This document shows positions 1 through 9,872 of a stretch of 64,000 bases of DNA, one piece after another. Location of the stretch: NCBI GenBank assembly GCA_965279035.1, contig OZ257142.1:1056001-1120000 (forward strand), read 5' to 3'. Position numbers and translations under genes: made by a program. Origin of the DNA: Bacteroidia bacterium. Lineage in GTDB: Bacteria > Bacteroidota > Bacteroidia > M30B66. The notes below the pieces were generated by a model. That model was not told where the DNA came from. It did no database searches and saw nothing but the letters and a program-made list of their open reading frames with translations. How positions within the stretch are numbered: the first letter of the stretch is position 1; each line of letters begins with the position of its first letter.

Positions 1-34
1 CGGTTCCTTCAATTTTGAATTCATTATGCATCAT
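1..34 (-). CDS. Possible 5' end of a divergent gene running off the window (MMHNEFKIEGT...)
   Basis: Tandem ATGs at 34/31 on the minus strand, open to the window edge; too short to identify. Confidence 0.25.
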   Translation of the reverse strand, partial: MMHNEFKIEGT

Positions 35-147
35 GAAAATTCTTTTCACCAAAGCATCAATTACTTATATTTTTATTCATTCAAATAATTTCAATTTAAT
101 TCATCTATGGTCTTCATAAATTCGATACATAAATGAATATTACTGCT

Positions 148-155
148 TAATTTTG
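148..155 (+). promoter_or_regulatory. Bacteroidota sigma-A -7 element TAATTTTG
   Basis: Matches TAnnTTTG 16 nt before the ATG at 172. Confidence 0.55.
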
Positions 156-171
156 CTTCAAAATAATCTGG

Positions 172-657
172 ATGAATTTGATTTCAAATCGATTTTCGCT
201 TCTTACAAAAGTCTTTTTAACTCTGTTTTTATTATTTTACTTGAAAGATTCTGAAGCCCAAATTCAAGATTCCACCTCTTTAAAAGTAAATGAAGAAAAT
301 ATAGTTCAAAATGATTCTCAACTTATAGGTAATATCAAATGGAATTTACCAGATGGCTTATCAGAATTAATTGAAACCTATAAAAAGGCAAATTATGCAT
401 CACCGGGTATTGAAGGTTATCGTGTTCAGATACTTTCAGATGCAGGAAATAATGCAAAGGATAGAGCCCAATCGTCCTTAATTGAGTTTGAACGATACTT
501 CCCTGGAATTGCTGTATACTTAAGCTATCAACAACCAAATTTTAAAGTTCGTTGTGGTGATTATCGAACAAAAGCAGAAGCCCGGAGACTGCTCAACGAT
601 GTGTTAGGGCAATTTCCGGGCGCTTATATAGTTAGGGATCATATTAAGCTCCCCTAA
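172..657 (+). CDS. SPOR-domain peptidoglycan-binding protein
   Basis: Signal peptide; C-terminal GYRVQI...FKVRCGDYRTKAEA...AYIV is SPOR-like. Confidence 0.8.
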   Translation: MNLISNRFSLLTKVFLTLFLLFYLKDSEAQIQDSTSLKVNEENIVQNDSQLIGNIKWNLPDGLSELIETYKKANYASPGIEGYRVQILSDAGNNAKDRAQSSLIEFERYFPGIAVYLSYQQPNFKVRCGDYRTKAEARRLLNDVLGQFPGAYIVRDHIKLP

Positions 658-671
658 ATTAGGTTTGTTTA

Positions 672-3600
672 CTACAATTTTCGTTTAATCTCCACATTTT
701 CATATCCTTCAATAATATCACCTTCTTTGATATCATTGAAATTATGAATGTTCAATCCACATTCGTATCCAGTAGCAACTTCTTTCACATCATCTTTGAA
801 ACGTTTCAAAGAACCTAAATCACCAGAATAAACTACAATACCATCTCGAATTAATCGGATTTTTGTGTGACGAGTTATTTTACCATCTAGAACATAGCAA
901 CCTGCAACAGTTCCAACTTTGGTAATTTTAAATACATCTCTAACTTCCACATTGCACACAATTTTTTCTTCAAATTCTGGTGCAAGCATTCCTTCCATCG
1001 CTGCTTTAATCTCCTCAATCGCTTTGTAAATGATTGAATAGAATCGCATATCGATTTCTTCATTTTCTGCCAATTTACGGGCGCTTGCAGAAGGACGAAC
1101 TTGGAATCCAATAATAATTGCATTGGAAGCAGAAGCAAGCAAAACATCCCCTTCGGTTACTTGTCCAACCGATTTATGAATAATATTTACTTGAATCTTT
1201 TCTGTTGAAAGTTTTAACAATGAATCAGAAAGAGCTTCAACAGAACCATCAACGTCACCTTTTACAATAATGTTTAATTCTTTGAAATCCCCAATCGCAA
1301 TACGTCGTCCGATTTCATCAAGCGTAATGTGCTTATGAGTACGAATACCTTGCTCACGCTGAAGTTGCTGACGCTTGTTGGCAATTTCTCTAGCCTCACG
1401 TTCATCATTCATCACATTGAATTTATCTCCTGAAGATGGAGCTCCACTCAATCCGAGCATTTGAACAGACATCGAAGGTCCAGCTTCTTTAATTGAAGCA
1501 CCTCTTTCGTTGAATAGTGCTTTAACACGTCCACTATTTGGACCAGCTAATACTACATCACCAATACGAAGTGTTCCAGCTAAAATAATCATCGTAGTAA
1601 CATAACCACGACCTTTATCTAGTTCTGATTCAATTACAGTTCCTGTTGCACGTTTATCTGGATTCGCTTTTAAATCTAATAATTCTGCTTCAAGAAGTAC
1701 CTTTTCAAGTAACAAGTCTACATTTTTACCATGTTTTGCAGCAATTTCTTGAATTTGATATTTTCCACCCCAATCCTCAACTAATATATTCATAGCAGCT
1801 AACTGCTCACGAATTTTATCTGGATTAGCTCCTGGTTTATCAATTTTATTGATTGCAAATACAATTGGAACTTGAGCCGCTTGAGCGTGATTTATTGCTT
1901 CTATTGTTTGAGGCATTACACTATCGTCAGCTGCAATAACAATAATTGCAACGTCTGTAACTTGTGCACCACGAGCACGCATCGCGGTAAAGGCTTCGTG
2001 ACCTGGAGTATCTAAGAAAGTAATTTTCTTGCCATTCTCCATGGTCACATTATATGCTCCAATATGCTGAGTAATTCCACCAGCTTCTCCGGCAATAACA
2101 TTTGCTTTCCGAATATAATCGAGTAATGAAGTTTTACCGTGATCGACGTGACCCATTACGGTAACAATAGGTGGTCTTGGAATTAGATTCTCATCGGTAT
2201 CTTCTTCTTCTTTTATTGCTTCTTGAACTTCAACAGAAACGAATTCTACTTTATACCCAAATTCTTCAGCAACAATAGTAAGAGTTTCTGCATCGAGGCG
2301 CTGATTAATAGACACAAAAAGCCCCAATGACATACAAGTCGATATAATCTCATTAACAGGAACACTCATCATTCGAGCTAACTCATTCGCTGAAACGAAT
2401 TCAGTTACTTTGATGATCTTTTCCTGTCCTTCCATTTCTGCTTCTTCTTGAGCAGCACGGAAATCTTCACGTTTTTGTTTACGATATTTTGCAGACTTAG
2501 ACTTTTGCTTTCCTTGACTTAAACGAGCTAGAGTTTCTTTAATCTGCTTTTGAACATCTTCCTCAGTTAATTGAGGTTTTGGAGCACCAGGAGCGGGTCT
2601 GTTTTGACCTGGACCACCTTGGCGAGGACGTATTTCTCTGTTGGGACCTGTACTTGGTTTCCCACCACCACCACCTTGATTCTGTGTTGGAGCATTTCCA
2701 CCTGCACCTGGAGGAGTATCAATGCGTTTGCGTTTTTTCTTCCTATCATTATTTCCTAATCCAGCACCTGAAGAAGATGCAATTGGTTTCTTAGGAGGTT
2801 CAGGAGTAAGCTCAATTTTACCAAGAATTTTAACGCCTTCTAATTTTTCTCTAGCTGCACGAAATAATTCTTCTGGTTGCTTAACAATTGGTTCCGAAGA
2901 CTCTGTAACGATTGGCTTTTCAACATTAACTACTGGTTTTACTTCCGCTTTTATAGCCTCTACAGGTTTCGGTTTAGCAGGTTCAGCAATTTTAACTACA
3001 GGTCTTTCTTGTTTAGCTTCTTTATTTTTTTCTTTAGAATCCTTTGAAGGTTTTTTTCCTCTGCTTTTATCAAATGAACCTAAATCAATTTTACCTAAAA
3101 CTTTTAGTTGATTTTCTTTAACAGGTTCAACTGTTGAAGGTTCATTCGTTTTTTCCGATTCAGGCAGTTCTATTTCAGTTGAATTAACTGGTTGAATAAC
3201 TTCCTCTTTTGTTTCAGCAATAATAACAGGTTCAGGCTCTACAATCGATTCCGGAGCTTTTATTTCAATAGGTTCTGGAATTGAAACAGGCACTTGAACT
3301 GGTTCCGGTTCTGGCTCAACAATAGGAGCTGAAGTTGGAACTGGTGTAGGCACTGTTACTGGAGTTGAAGCACGTTGCCCCATTCCTTTTATAAGGAACT
3401 CGTCGGGTTCATGATCAATATCTTCTGACTTAACTACTGGTTGATTTTCATCAAGCGAAATGGGCTCACGTTTAAGTCGAGTTTGAATTATTTTTTTCGA
3501 CTCTTCTTTTACGCTTTTCTCTGCACCATATTCTTTGAGCAGCAAAGAATACATCTCATCACTAATCTTGGAATTACGATTAATGTCTTCAAACTTTTTA

Positions 3601-3689
3601 TCAGTAAGAAAATCAATAACCGTTTGAACTCCAACATTTAGTTCTGTGGCAACTTTACTTATTCGTCTTGTTTGTTGTGCTTCTGACAT
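672..3689 (-). CDS. infB: Translation initiation factor IF-2
   Basis: [16 protein letters not shown] and NKID GTPase motifs; long Pro/Glu-rich N-terminus; follows nusA. Confidence 0.99.
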   Translation of the reverse strand: MSEAQQTRRISKVATELNVGVQTVIDFLTDKKFEDINRNSKISDEMYSLLLKEYGAEKSVKEESKKIIQTRLKREPISLDENQPVVKSEDIDHEPDEFLIKGMGQRASTPVTVPTPVPTSAPIVEPEPEPVQVPVSIPEPIEIKAPESIVEPEPVIIAETKEEVIQPVNSTEIELPESEKTNEPSTVEPVKENQLKVLGKIDLGSFDKSRGKKPSKDSKEKNKEAKQERPVVKIAEPAKPKPVEAIKAEVKPVVNVEKPIVTESSEPIVKQPEELFRAAREKLEGVKILGKIELTPEPPKKPIASSSGAGLGNNDRKKKRKRIDTPPGAGGNAPTQNQGGGGGKPSTGPNREIRPRQGGPGQNRPAPGAPKPQLTEEDVQKQIKETLARLSQGKQKSKSAKYRKQKREDFRAAQEEAEMEGQEKIIKVTEFVSANELARMMSVPVNEIISTCMSLGLFVSINQRLDAETLTIVAEEFGYKVEFVSVEVQEAIKEEEDTDENLIPRPPIVTVMGHVDHGKTSLLDYIRKANVIAGEAGGITQHIGAYNVTMENGKKITFLDTPGHEAFTAMRARGAQVTDVAIIVIAADDSVMPQTIEAINHAQAAQVPIVFAINKIDKPGANPDKIREQLAAMNILVEDWGGKYQIQEIAAKHGKNVDLLLEKVLLEAELLDLKANPDKRATGTVIESELDKGRGYVTTMIILAGTLRIGDVVLAGPNSGRVKALFNERGASIKEAGPSMSVQMLGLSGAPSSGDKFNVMNDEREAREIANKRQQLQREQGIRTHKHITLDEIGRRIAIGDFKELNIIVKGDVDGSVEALSDSLLKLSTEKIQVNIIHKSVGQVTEGDVLLASASNAIIIGFQVRPSASARKLAENEEIDMRFYSIIYKAIEEIKAAMEGMLAPEFEEKIVCNVEVRDVFKITKVGTVAGCYVLDGKITRHTKIRLIRDGIVVYSGDLGSLKRFKDDVKEVATGYECGLNIHNFNDIKEGDIIEGYENVEIKRKL

Positions 3690-3730
3690 TCAACAGTGTT
3701 AATAAATTGTTTGGGTTTATCTGCTTTACC

Positions 3731-4966
3731 TTATTCAAATTCAGCTCGCAGAATCCGCATCACTTCTTTTATAGTTTCTTCTTCAAGATCAGTTCTTTTT
3801 ACAAGATCATCAACTGGAAGTTCAAGAACACTTTTCGCTGTATCACATCCTGCTTTTTTCAACTCATCCAAGATCCAGCTATCGATCTCATCACCGAATT
3901 CTTCCAAGTCAACATCTTCTTGATCCAAATCAGAATCACGATAAACGTCTATTTCGTATCCAGTTAATCGACTAGCAAGTTTTATATTCAGTCCACCTTT
4001 ACCAATGGCAAGTGATACTTGATCTGGTTTCAAATAAACCTCAGCTCTTTTTGTTGCTTCATCTAATTTAATGGATGAAATTTTAGCAGGGCTGAGTGCT
4101 CTTGTTATGTATAGCGCATTGTTCGTTGTGAAATTAATCACATCAATATTTTCATTCTTCAACTCTCTAACAATACCGTGTATTCTAGAGCCTTTCATAC
4201 CTACACAAGCTCCAACTGGATCGATACGATCGTCGTAACTTTCTACTGCTACTTTGGCGCGTACACCAGGCTCACGAACTATTTTCTTAATGGTAATCAA
4301 ACCATCAAAAACTTCCGGAACTTCTTGTTCAAAAAGCTTTTCTAAGAATACTGGAGATGTTCTCGAAAGAATGATTTGAGGCGTATTATTCTTCATGTCA
4401 ACTCGAAGAACTACAGCTCGAGCATTTTCCCCTTTTTTAAAGAAGTCACTTGGAATTTGTTCTGTTTTCGGAATCACAAGTTCGTTTCCTTCTTCATCCA
4501 AAATCAACACTTCCTTTTTCCAAACTTGATAAATCTCACCTGAAACAACTTCTCCTACACGGTCTTTATATTTACGATAAACACCGTCTTTTTCAAGTTC
4601 AGAAATACGAGCAACTAAATTTTGACGGAATGCCAAAACAGCACGGCGACCGAAATCATTCAGTTTTACTTCTTCCGAAACCTCTTCACCTACTTCAAAG
4701 TCAGGTTCAATCTTAATAGCATCAGCATAAGCGATTTGGCTATTTGGATCTTCCACAGAGTCGTTTTCTACAATCTCTCTGTTGTGCCAAACTTCAAGGT
4801 CACCTTTGTCAATATTAATAATGATGTCAAAGTTTTCATCAGATCCGTACTTTTTGATGATCATATTACGGAACACATCTTCCAAGATACCCATCATGGT
4901 TACCCGGTCGATGTTTTTGAATTCTTTAAACTCTGCGAACGATTCAATGAGAGCTGCGTGTTCCAT
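3731..4966 (-). CDS. nusA: Transcription termination factor NusA
   Basis: S1 and KH domains (DPVGACVGMKGSRI, SLAIGKGGLN). Confidence 0.99.
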   Translation of the reverse strand: MEHAALIESFAEFKEFKNIDRVTMMGILEDVFRNMIIKKYGSDENFDIIINIDKGDLEVWHNREIVENDSVEDPNSQIAYADAIKIEPDFEVGEEVSEEVKLNDFGRRAVLAFRQNLVARISELEKDGVYRKYKDRVGEVVSGEIYQVWKKEVLILDEEGNELVIPKTEQIPSDFFKKGENARAVVLRVDMKNNTPQIILSRTSPVFLEKLFEQEVPEVFDGLITIKKIVREPGVRAKVAVESYDDRIDPVGACVGMKGSRIHGIVRELKNENIDVINFTTNNALYITRALSPAKISSIKLDEATKRAEVYLKPDQVSLAIGKGGLNIKLASRLTGYEIDVYRDSDLDQEDVDLEEFGDEIDSWILDELKKAGCDTAKSVLELPVDDLVKRTDLEEETIKEVMRILRAEFE

Positions 4967-4986
4967 TGTTTATTTAGGCATTCGTG

Positions 4987-5463
4987 TTAAATGGTTATAA
5001 CCAATCTAGTTTCTTTCACTTCAGGAAAGGTAAACCGACGTGGCTCATTCAGGTTAGTTGATGGTAGTGATTTTTTTTTATTGTTCTTCAACGTTGGAAG
5101 TATTTCAAATCCAAGTTCATCAGCGACAGACAATAAACCAGTTAATTTATCTCCGTTGGCAAAAGTAAGCTCCACTTCTTTGCCTGAATACTTTCTGTAT
5201 TGGCGAAGGTGTTTTAATGGAGAATCTATGCCAGGAGAAGAAACTTCCAATTCAAAATCCTGTTTCTCACGGTCAAGATTTGATTCAATATGGCGACTTA
5301 AAGCAATACAATCCTTTATAGAAACATGCTCATCATTTTCTATGAAAACAGAAATCCGATTTCCCGGACGCACGTTAACATAAATCAGATAGTTTGCAGA
5401 ATCTTTTAAAAAATCTTCCGCAAGCCCAGCAATATGTTCTTTACTAATCATATTCTTCATCAT
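4987..5463 (-). CDS. rimP: Ribosome maturation factor RimP
   Basis: FELEVSSPGIDSPL motif; rimP-nusA-infB order. Confidence 0.95.
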   Translation of the reverse strand: MMKNMISKEHIAGLAEDFLKDSANYLIYVNVRPGNRISVFIENDEHVSIKDCIALSRHIESNLDREKQDFELEVSSPGIDSPLKHLRQYRKYSGKEVELTFANGDKLTGLLSVADELGFEILPTLKNNKKKSLPSTNLNEPRRFTFPEVKETRLVITI

Positions 5464-5469
5464 CGAAAT

Positions 5470-5496
5470 AAAAAAAGGGACATTGTCCCCTTCTCT
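5470..5496 (-). promoter_or_regulatory. rimP leader hairpin / putative attenuator
   Basis: Minus strand reads GGGGACAATGTCCC then a T-run between promoter and start codon. Confidence 0.6.
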
Positions 5497-5506
5497 AAAA
5501 CCGCGG

Positions 5507-5537
5507 CAAAACTACAATAAGATTTTCAAATCTCAAA
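5507..5537 (-). promoter_or_regulatory. rimP operon promoter (TTTG-N19-TAGTTTTG)
   Basis: Both Bacteroidota -33 and -7 elements with canonical spacing. Confidence 0.7.
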
Positions 5538-5640
5538 GAACCATCTGGAATCAAACTTAGTAGTGCGTCAAATTGACACCTATCTATATGTACTTATTGT
5601 CTTCATTCAAAAAATCCGATACCACCATTTTTTTGTCTCC

Positions 5641-5670
5641 TTTGTTTAAAACCCAATTTCTGTATATTTG
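5641..5670 (+). promoter_or_regulatory. exbB operon promoter (TTTG-N18-TATATTTG)
   Basis: -33/-7 consensus match upstream of 5734. Confidence 0.65.
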
Positions 5671-5733
5671 CCCAAATCCAATTCTTTTTAACAGACCTTT
5701 TAACAATCAACCATCCTTTAAAACGCTTAAAAA

Positions 5734-6549
5734 ATGAGTAACAACCAGAATTCAGCGGGCAGCGGTATCGGATCTTTTTTTGCCGCAACTGTTATCCTTT
5801 CAGCAATCATCGTCAGTGTGCTGGTGTACATGTTTGTGATGGGAAGTCCAAGTAACTTTGAAGGTGGAGATCCTGTATTAGGACACCCACTTCCAGGAAA
5901 CACATTAGCTATCATTTATAAGGGAGGTTTTATTGTACCTATCTTAATGTCGATAGTAGTTATTATTCTAGCTTTTTCGATTGAGCGTTTTATGACACTT
6001 AGCAAAGCAAAAGGTCGTGGCCGTTTAAATGTATTTGTTCGCAATCTTCAAAACATGATCAACAACAATCAGTTATCTGCTGCTGTTGCTGAATGTGATA
6101 AACAAAAAGGTTCACTTGCCAATGTAATGAAAGCAGGACTTCAACGTTACTCTGCTTTGCAAACAGACACCACAATGGATAAAGAACAAAAAGTTGTTGC
6201 AATGCACAAAGAGCTTGAAGAAGCAACTGCGCTTGAACTCCCTATGCTTTCTAAAAATTTGGTTATCATTTCAACGTGTGCTTCTATTGCAACTCTTGTT
6301 GGATTGATTGGAACTGTACTCGGAATGATTAAAGCATTCTCGGCTCTTGCTCAAGCAGGTGCTCCGGATGCAGTTGCCCTAGCAAATGGTATCTCTGAAG
6401 CCTTGATCAATACCGCACTTGGAATCTCAGGTTCTACGATTGCCATCATTATGTACAACTATTTTACTACTCAAATCGATTCTCTTACATATAAAATTGA
6501 TGAGTCGGGATACAGCCTTGTTTCAACTTTTGAATCAAGTACAAAATAA
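5734..6549 (+). CDS. exbB: MotA/TolQ/ExbB proton channel protein
   Basis: ATLVGLIGTVLGMIKAF and GISEALINTALG motifs. Confidence 0.93.
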   Translation: MSNNQNSAGSGIGSFFAATVILSAIIVSVLVYMFVMGSPSNFEGGDPVLGHPLPGNTLAIIYKGGFIVPILMSIVVIILAFSIERFMTLSKAKGRGRLNVFVRNLQNMINNNQLSAAVAECDKQKGSLANVMKAGLQRYSALQTDTTMDKEQKVVAMHKELEEATALELPMLSKNLVIISTCASIATLVGLIGTVLGMIKAFSALAQAGAPDAVALANGISEALINTALGISGSTIAIIMYNYFTTQIDSLTYKIDESGYSLVSTFESSTK

Positions 6550-6572
6550 TTTCATTCAGCAAAAGCTAGGAT

Positions 6573-7181
6573 ATGCCTAAAATAAAAATGCCGAAAAACA
6601 GTCCGTCCATCGACATGACGCCGATGGTGGATTTGGCTTTTCTGCTGGTAACCTTCTTTATGTTGATTTCTCAATTCCGCGCCGAAGAAGCTGCGGTGAT
6701 CGATATGCCATCATCTGTTTCGGATTTAAAAATTCCGGATAAAGACATAATGATGATTCTTGTTGACAAGAAAGATCACGTATTCTTTACTATTACCGGC
6801 CAGGAAACTCGTCTCAAAGTTCTTGAGAAGATGGGCGAAAAGTACAAAGTCGTTTTTACCGAAGAGCAGAAGAAAGAGTTCTCCAACATGGCTTCTTTTG
6901 GAATGCCTATGAGTCAGATGAAAGAATATTTGGCTGCAGGAAGTACTGAACGTAAGAAGCTTCAAGAGAAATCGAATGGAATTCCAACCGACTCTACAGC
7001 CTGTGAATTATGCGATTGGGTTTATTATGGTCGATTGGCGGCTATTAAATATCGTGTTGCAATCAAAGGTGACCAAGAGAGTTCCTACCCGACCATTCGT
7101 CGAGTAATGGACATTCTTCAAGATAAGAAGGTGAACAGGTTTAACCTGATTACCAATATGGAAACCGGCCCTACTGAATAA
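6573..7181 (+). CDS. exbD: ExbD/TolR biopolymer transporter, copy 1
   Basis: IDMTPMVDLAFLLVTFFM TM helix with conserved Asp. Confidence 0.92.
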   Translation: MPKIKMPKNSPSIDMTPMVDLAFLLVTFFMLISQFRAEEAAVIDMPSSVSDLKIPDKDIMMILVDKKDHVFFTITGQETRLKVLEKMGEKYKVVFTEEQKKEFSNMASFGMPMSQMKEYLAAGSTERKKLQEKSNGIPTDSTACELCDWVYYGRLAAIKYRVAIKGDQESSYPTIRRVMDILQDKKVNRFNLITNMETGPTE

Positions 7182-7232
7182 TACATGAACCTTTTTCTCC
7201 GTTAGTAATAACGGTACTAAAATATACACACC

Positions 7233-7886
7233 ATGGCAGAAGTAAATACCGGCGATGACGGTGGTGGCAAAAAGAAGCACGGGAAGCAACGTGCTAAAAA
7301 ATCCTCTACCCGAATCGACATGACCCCAATGGTTGACCTTGGGTTCCTGCTTTTAACTTTCTTTATTCTGACAACGACCTTCAACAAGCCTCAAGCTATG
7401 GAGATCAATATGCCAGTAAAAGATAAAATTGAAGAAGATCAAAAAAATAAAGTACCTGCAGAACACACATTAAGTCTGTTATTGACTGATAAAAATGTAG
7501 TGTATTGGTATTTTGGAGTTGCCGATCCATCTAAACCACTTCCATCACTTACTAAGACAAATTATAGTAAAGATGGAATTCGCAAATTGCTGATTGCAGA
7601 AAACAACAAACGTCATAATGCATTCAATCAAATTGAAGATTGGAAGAAAGAACTTGCTGAGAAGAAGATTACGGAAGATGAGTTTATTGAGAAGAAGAAA
7701 GTATTTCACAAGCAATATGCTATATCTAGTTTAATTGTACTTCTTAAACCGGATAAAGAGTCGAATTACAAGAACATTGTAGACGCTTTAGATGAAATGG
7801 CAATTTGTAATATTGGCAGTTATGCGCTTCTTGAATCGAATGATTTAGAGAATCAGATGATTGCAAATGCTAACACTTATAAATAA
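7233..7886 (+). CDS. exbD: ExbD/TolR biopolymer transporter, copy 2
   Basis: IDMTPMVDLGFLLLTFFIL; YKNIVDALDEM. Confidence 0.92.
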   Translation: MAEVNTGDDGGGKKKHGKQRAKKSSTRIDMTPMVDLGFLLLTFFILTTTFNKPQAMEINMPVKDKIEEDQKNKVPAEHTLSLLLTDKNVVYWYFGVADPSKPLPSLTKTNYSKDGIRKLLIAENNKRHNAFNQIEDWKKELAEKKITEDEFIEKKKVFHKQYAISSLIVLLKPDKESNYKNIVDALDEMAICNIGSYALLESNDLENQMIANANTYK

Positions 7887-7903
7887 TTCAAACGAAAAGA
7901 GAT

Positions 7904-8695
7904 ATGGCAGAGCAACTAGCCGTCAAGCCGTTTGACGAAATTGTATTCGAGCACCGAAATAAAGAGTATGGTGCTTATGAATTGCGTAAACGCTACGACA
8001 AGCACATGAATATCGCATTTTTGATAGCGATTAGTGTATTTGTTATTAGTGTGAGTATTCCGGCAATCATGGATTTCTTGGATAAATTGGCTCCCGTAGA
8101 AGCCCCAACCAATGTAGAATTGACTTTGGCTGATGCTCCTCCATTGGATAAAGATGAGCCACCACCACCACCACCACCACCAGATCCTCCACCACCTGTT
8201 CAAGAGACGATTAAATTTACTCCGCCCGTGGTAACAGAGGAACCTATCGATGAAAAAGATATTCCTCCGCCACAGGATGAAATTAAAGTTCAGACAGGAA
8301 CTGAAACCAAAGAAGGTAATGGAGTTATTGAATTACCTACTGATGGAAATGGGAATGATGAATTTGATGAACAAGCACAACAAATATTCACCATTGTTGA
8401 GGTTATGCCTGAGTTTCAAGGAGGCGAAGAAAAGCTTTTTGAATATTTAGGAAAGAATATCAAGTATCCAGCAATGGCTCGTGAAAATGGGATTACGGGT
8501 ACGGTTTACGTAACATTTGTTGTTGAAGGAAATGGTGAAATTTCTGACGTAAAGAAACTTCGCGGAATTGGCGGAGGATGTGACGAAGAAGCAATTCGTG
8601 TTGTAAAATCAATGCCTTCTTGGAAACCAGGAAAGCAAAACGGAAAGCCTGTTCGTGTTCAATATAATTTACCGATCAAGTTTACTTTGCGTTAA
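7904..8695 (+). CDS. tonB: Energy transducer TonB
   Basis: RNKEYGAYELR N-terminal motif, TM helix, poly-Pro linker, YPAMARENGITGTV...WKPGKQNGKPVRV C-terminal domain. Confidence 0.93.
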   Translation: MAEQLAVKPFDEIVFEHRNKEYGAYELRKRYDKHMNIAFLIAISVFVISVSIPAIMDFLDKLAPVEAPTNVELTLADAPPLDKDEPPPPPPPPDPPPPVQETIKFTPPVVTEEPIDEKDIPPPQDEIKVQTGTETKEGNGVIELPTDGNGNDEFDEQAQQIFTIVEVMPEFQGGEEKLFEYLGKNIKYPAMARENGITGTVYVTFVVEGNGEISDVKKLRGIGGGCDEEAIRVVKSMPSWKPGKQNGKPVRVQYNLPIKFTLR

Positions 8696-8705
8696 TACAA
8701 TTCAT

Positions 8706-8903
8706 TTGAATAAATTATTTCGGGTAATGGGCCTTGTGGTGATTGTTATATACATCATCATTGGCTCATTACTTATTTTTACAAACTACTTTACAATTGT
8801 TCCAGAAGAATACAGAACATTATCTGGTTGGGTAGTTTTAATGTATGGTATTTTAAGAGGAGTTCGCGTTTTAACAAGCAAATCAAACACAGAAACTGAA
8901 TGA
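8706..8903 (+). CDS. Small two-TM membrane protein (start TTG 8706 or ATG 8727)
   Basis: Two hydrophobic segments; stop overlaps the next ATG (ATGA). Confidence 0.65.
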   Translation: MNKLFRVMGLVVIVIYIIIGSLLIFTNYFTIVPEEYRTLSGWVVLMYGILRGVRVLTSKSNTETE

Positions 8904-9841
8904 TTTATTTTTTGAAATTAGCATCATTTGTATCACTGACTGCTGTATTATTTTGTTCTTGTGGCAGTTCAACTGATGCATTAACTCAGGAAACAACAAC
9001 TCGTGGAAACATTCGAATTGGAGTGGATGATTCATACCGTTTATTGTTAGATACAGAAATTGCGACTTTTCAATCTCTTTATCCTAATGCGAAGATCAAC
9101 CCGACATATGGTTCTGAGGATGATTTAATGGAGCTCTTTATGAAGGATTCTTTGCGAGCAATCGTTACGAGTCGTGATTTAACTCAAAAGGAAAAGGATT
9201 ATTTTAAATCCAATAAGTTGTTTCCGAAAGTAACGAAGGTGTGTGTTGATGGACTAGCTTTTATTGTCAATAGAACGAATCCAGATTCTACCTTCTCTTA
9301 TTCGGAATTGAAAAAGCTTTTTACCCAGAATCCTACGAGTTGGAAAGATGTTAAAGGATCATCGGCCGAAAAACTGAGTATCGTTTTCGACAATCCAAAT
9401 TCTGGAAATGCTCGTTATTTAAGGGAATTGTTTAAGCTTGAAAAATTACCATCGATATGTACTGCTGTTAAGTCGAATGAAGAAGTAGTAAAGTATGTTG
9501 AACAAAATCCATGGTCAATTGGAATTATTTCTTCAAACTGGATAAGTGATACTGAAGATTCTGTTTCGGGCGATTTTCTAAAACGCATACGTGTGGTTGG
9601 AGTTTCCTCCGAAATCGACTCGGAAGCAGTTTTGGGATATACTCAACCTTATCAAGGATATTTGGCTGATAAATCTTATCCTTTTCGACGGGATGTTTAT
9701 TATATCAACAGAGAAGTTGGAACCCGCCTTGGCACAGGCTTTGCCTCGTTTTTTGCAGGTGATAAAGGACAACGAATTGTTTTAAAATCAGGGCTTGTTC
9801 CTGCTTTTGGAGTTGTTCGATTAATTGATGCCGGAAATTAA
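8900..9841 (+). CDS. PstS-like (PBP_like_2) substrate-binding lipoprotein
   Basis: Lipobox LFCSC; DGLAFIVN, FDNPNSGNARY, SNEEVVKYVE and YPFRRDVY motifs. Confidence 0.8.
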   Translation: MIYFLKLASFVSLTAVLFCSCGSSTDALTQETTTRGNIRIGVDDSYRLLLDTEIATFQSLYPNAKINPTYGSEDDLMELFMKDSLRAIVTSRDLTQKEKDYFKSNKLFPKVTKVCVDGLAFIVNRTNPDSTFSYSELKKLFTQNPTSWKDVKGSSAEKLSIVFDNPNSGNARYLRELFKLEKLPSICTAVKSNEEVVKYVEQNPWSIGIISSNWISDTEDSVSGDFLKRIRVVGVSSEIDSEAVLGYTQPYQGYLADKSYPFRRDVYYINREVGTRLGTGFASFFAGDKGQRIVLKSGLVPAFGVVRLIDAGN

Positions 9842-9872
9842 TTCATCATTTTTATTTTTTAGATACCAAGTC

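Noticed and set aside
6609-7370. DNA repeat ATCGACATGAC(G/C)CC(G/A)ATGGT
   Set aside because: Explained by the conserved IDMTPMVD motif of the two exbD paralogs.
7916-8203. Poly-Trp ORF on the minus strand
   Set aside because: Antisense shadow of the TonB poly-Pro (CCA)n codons.
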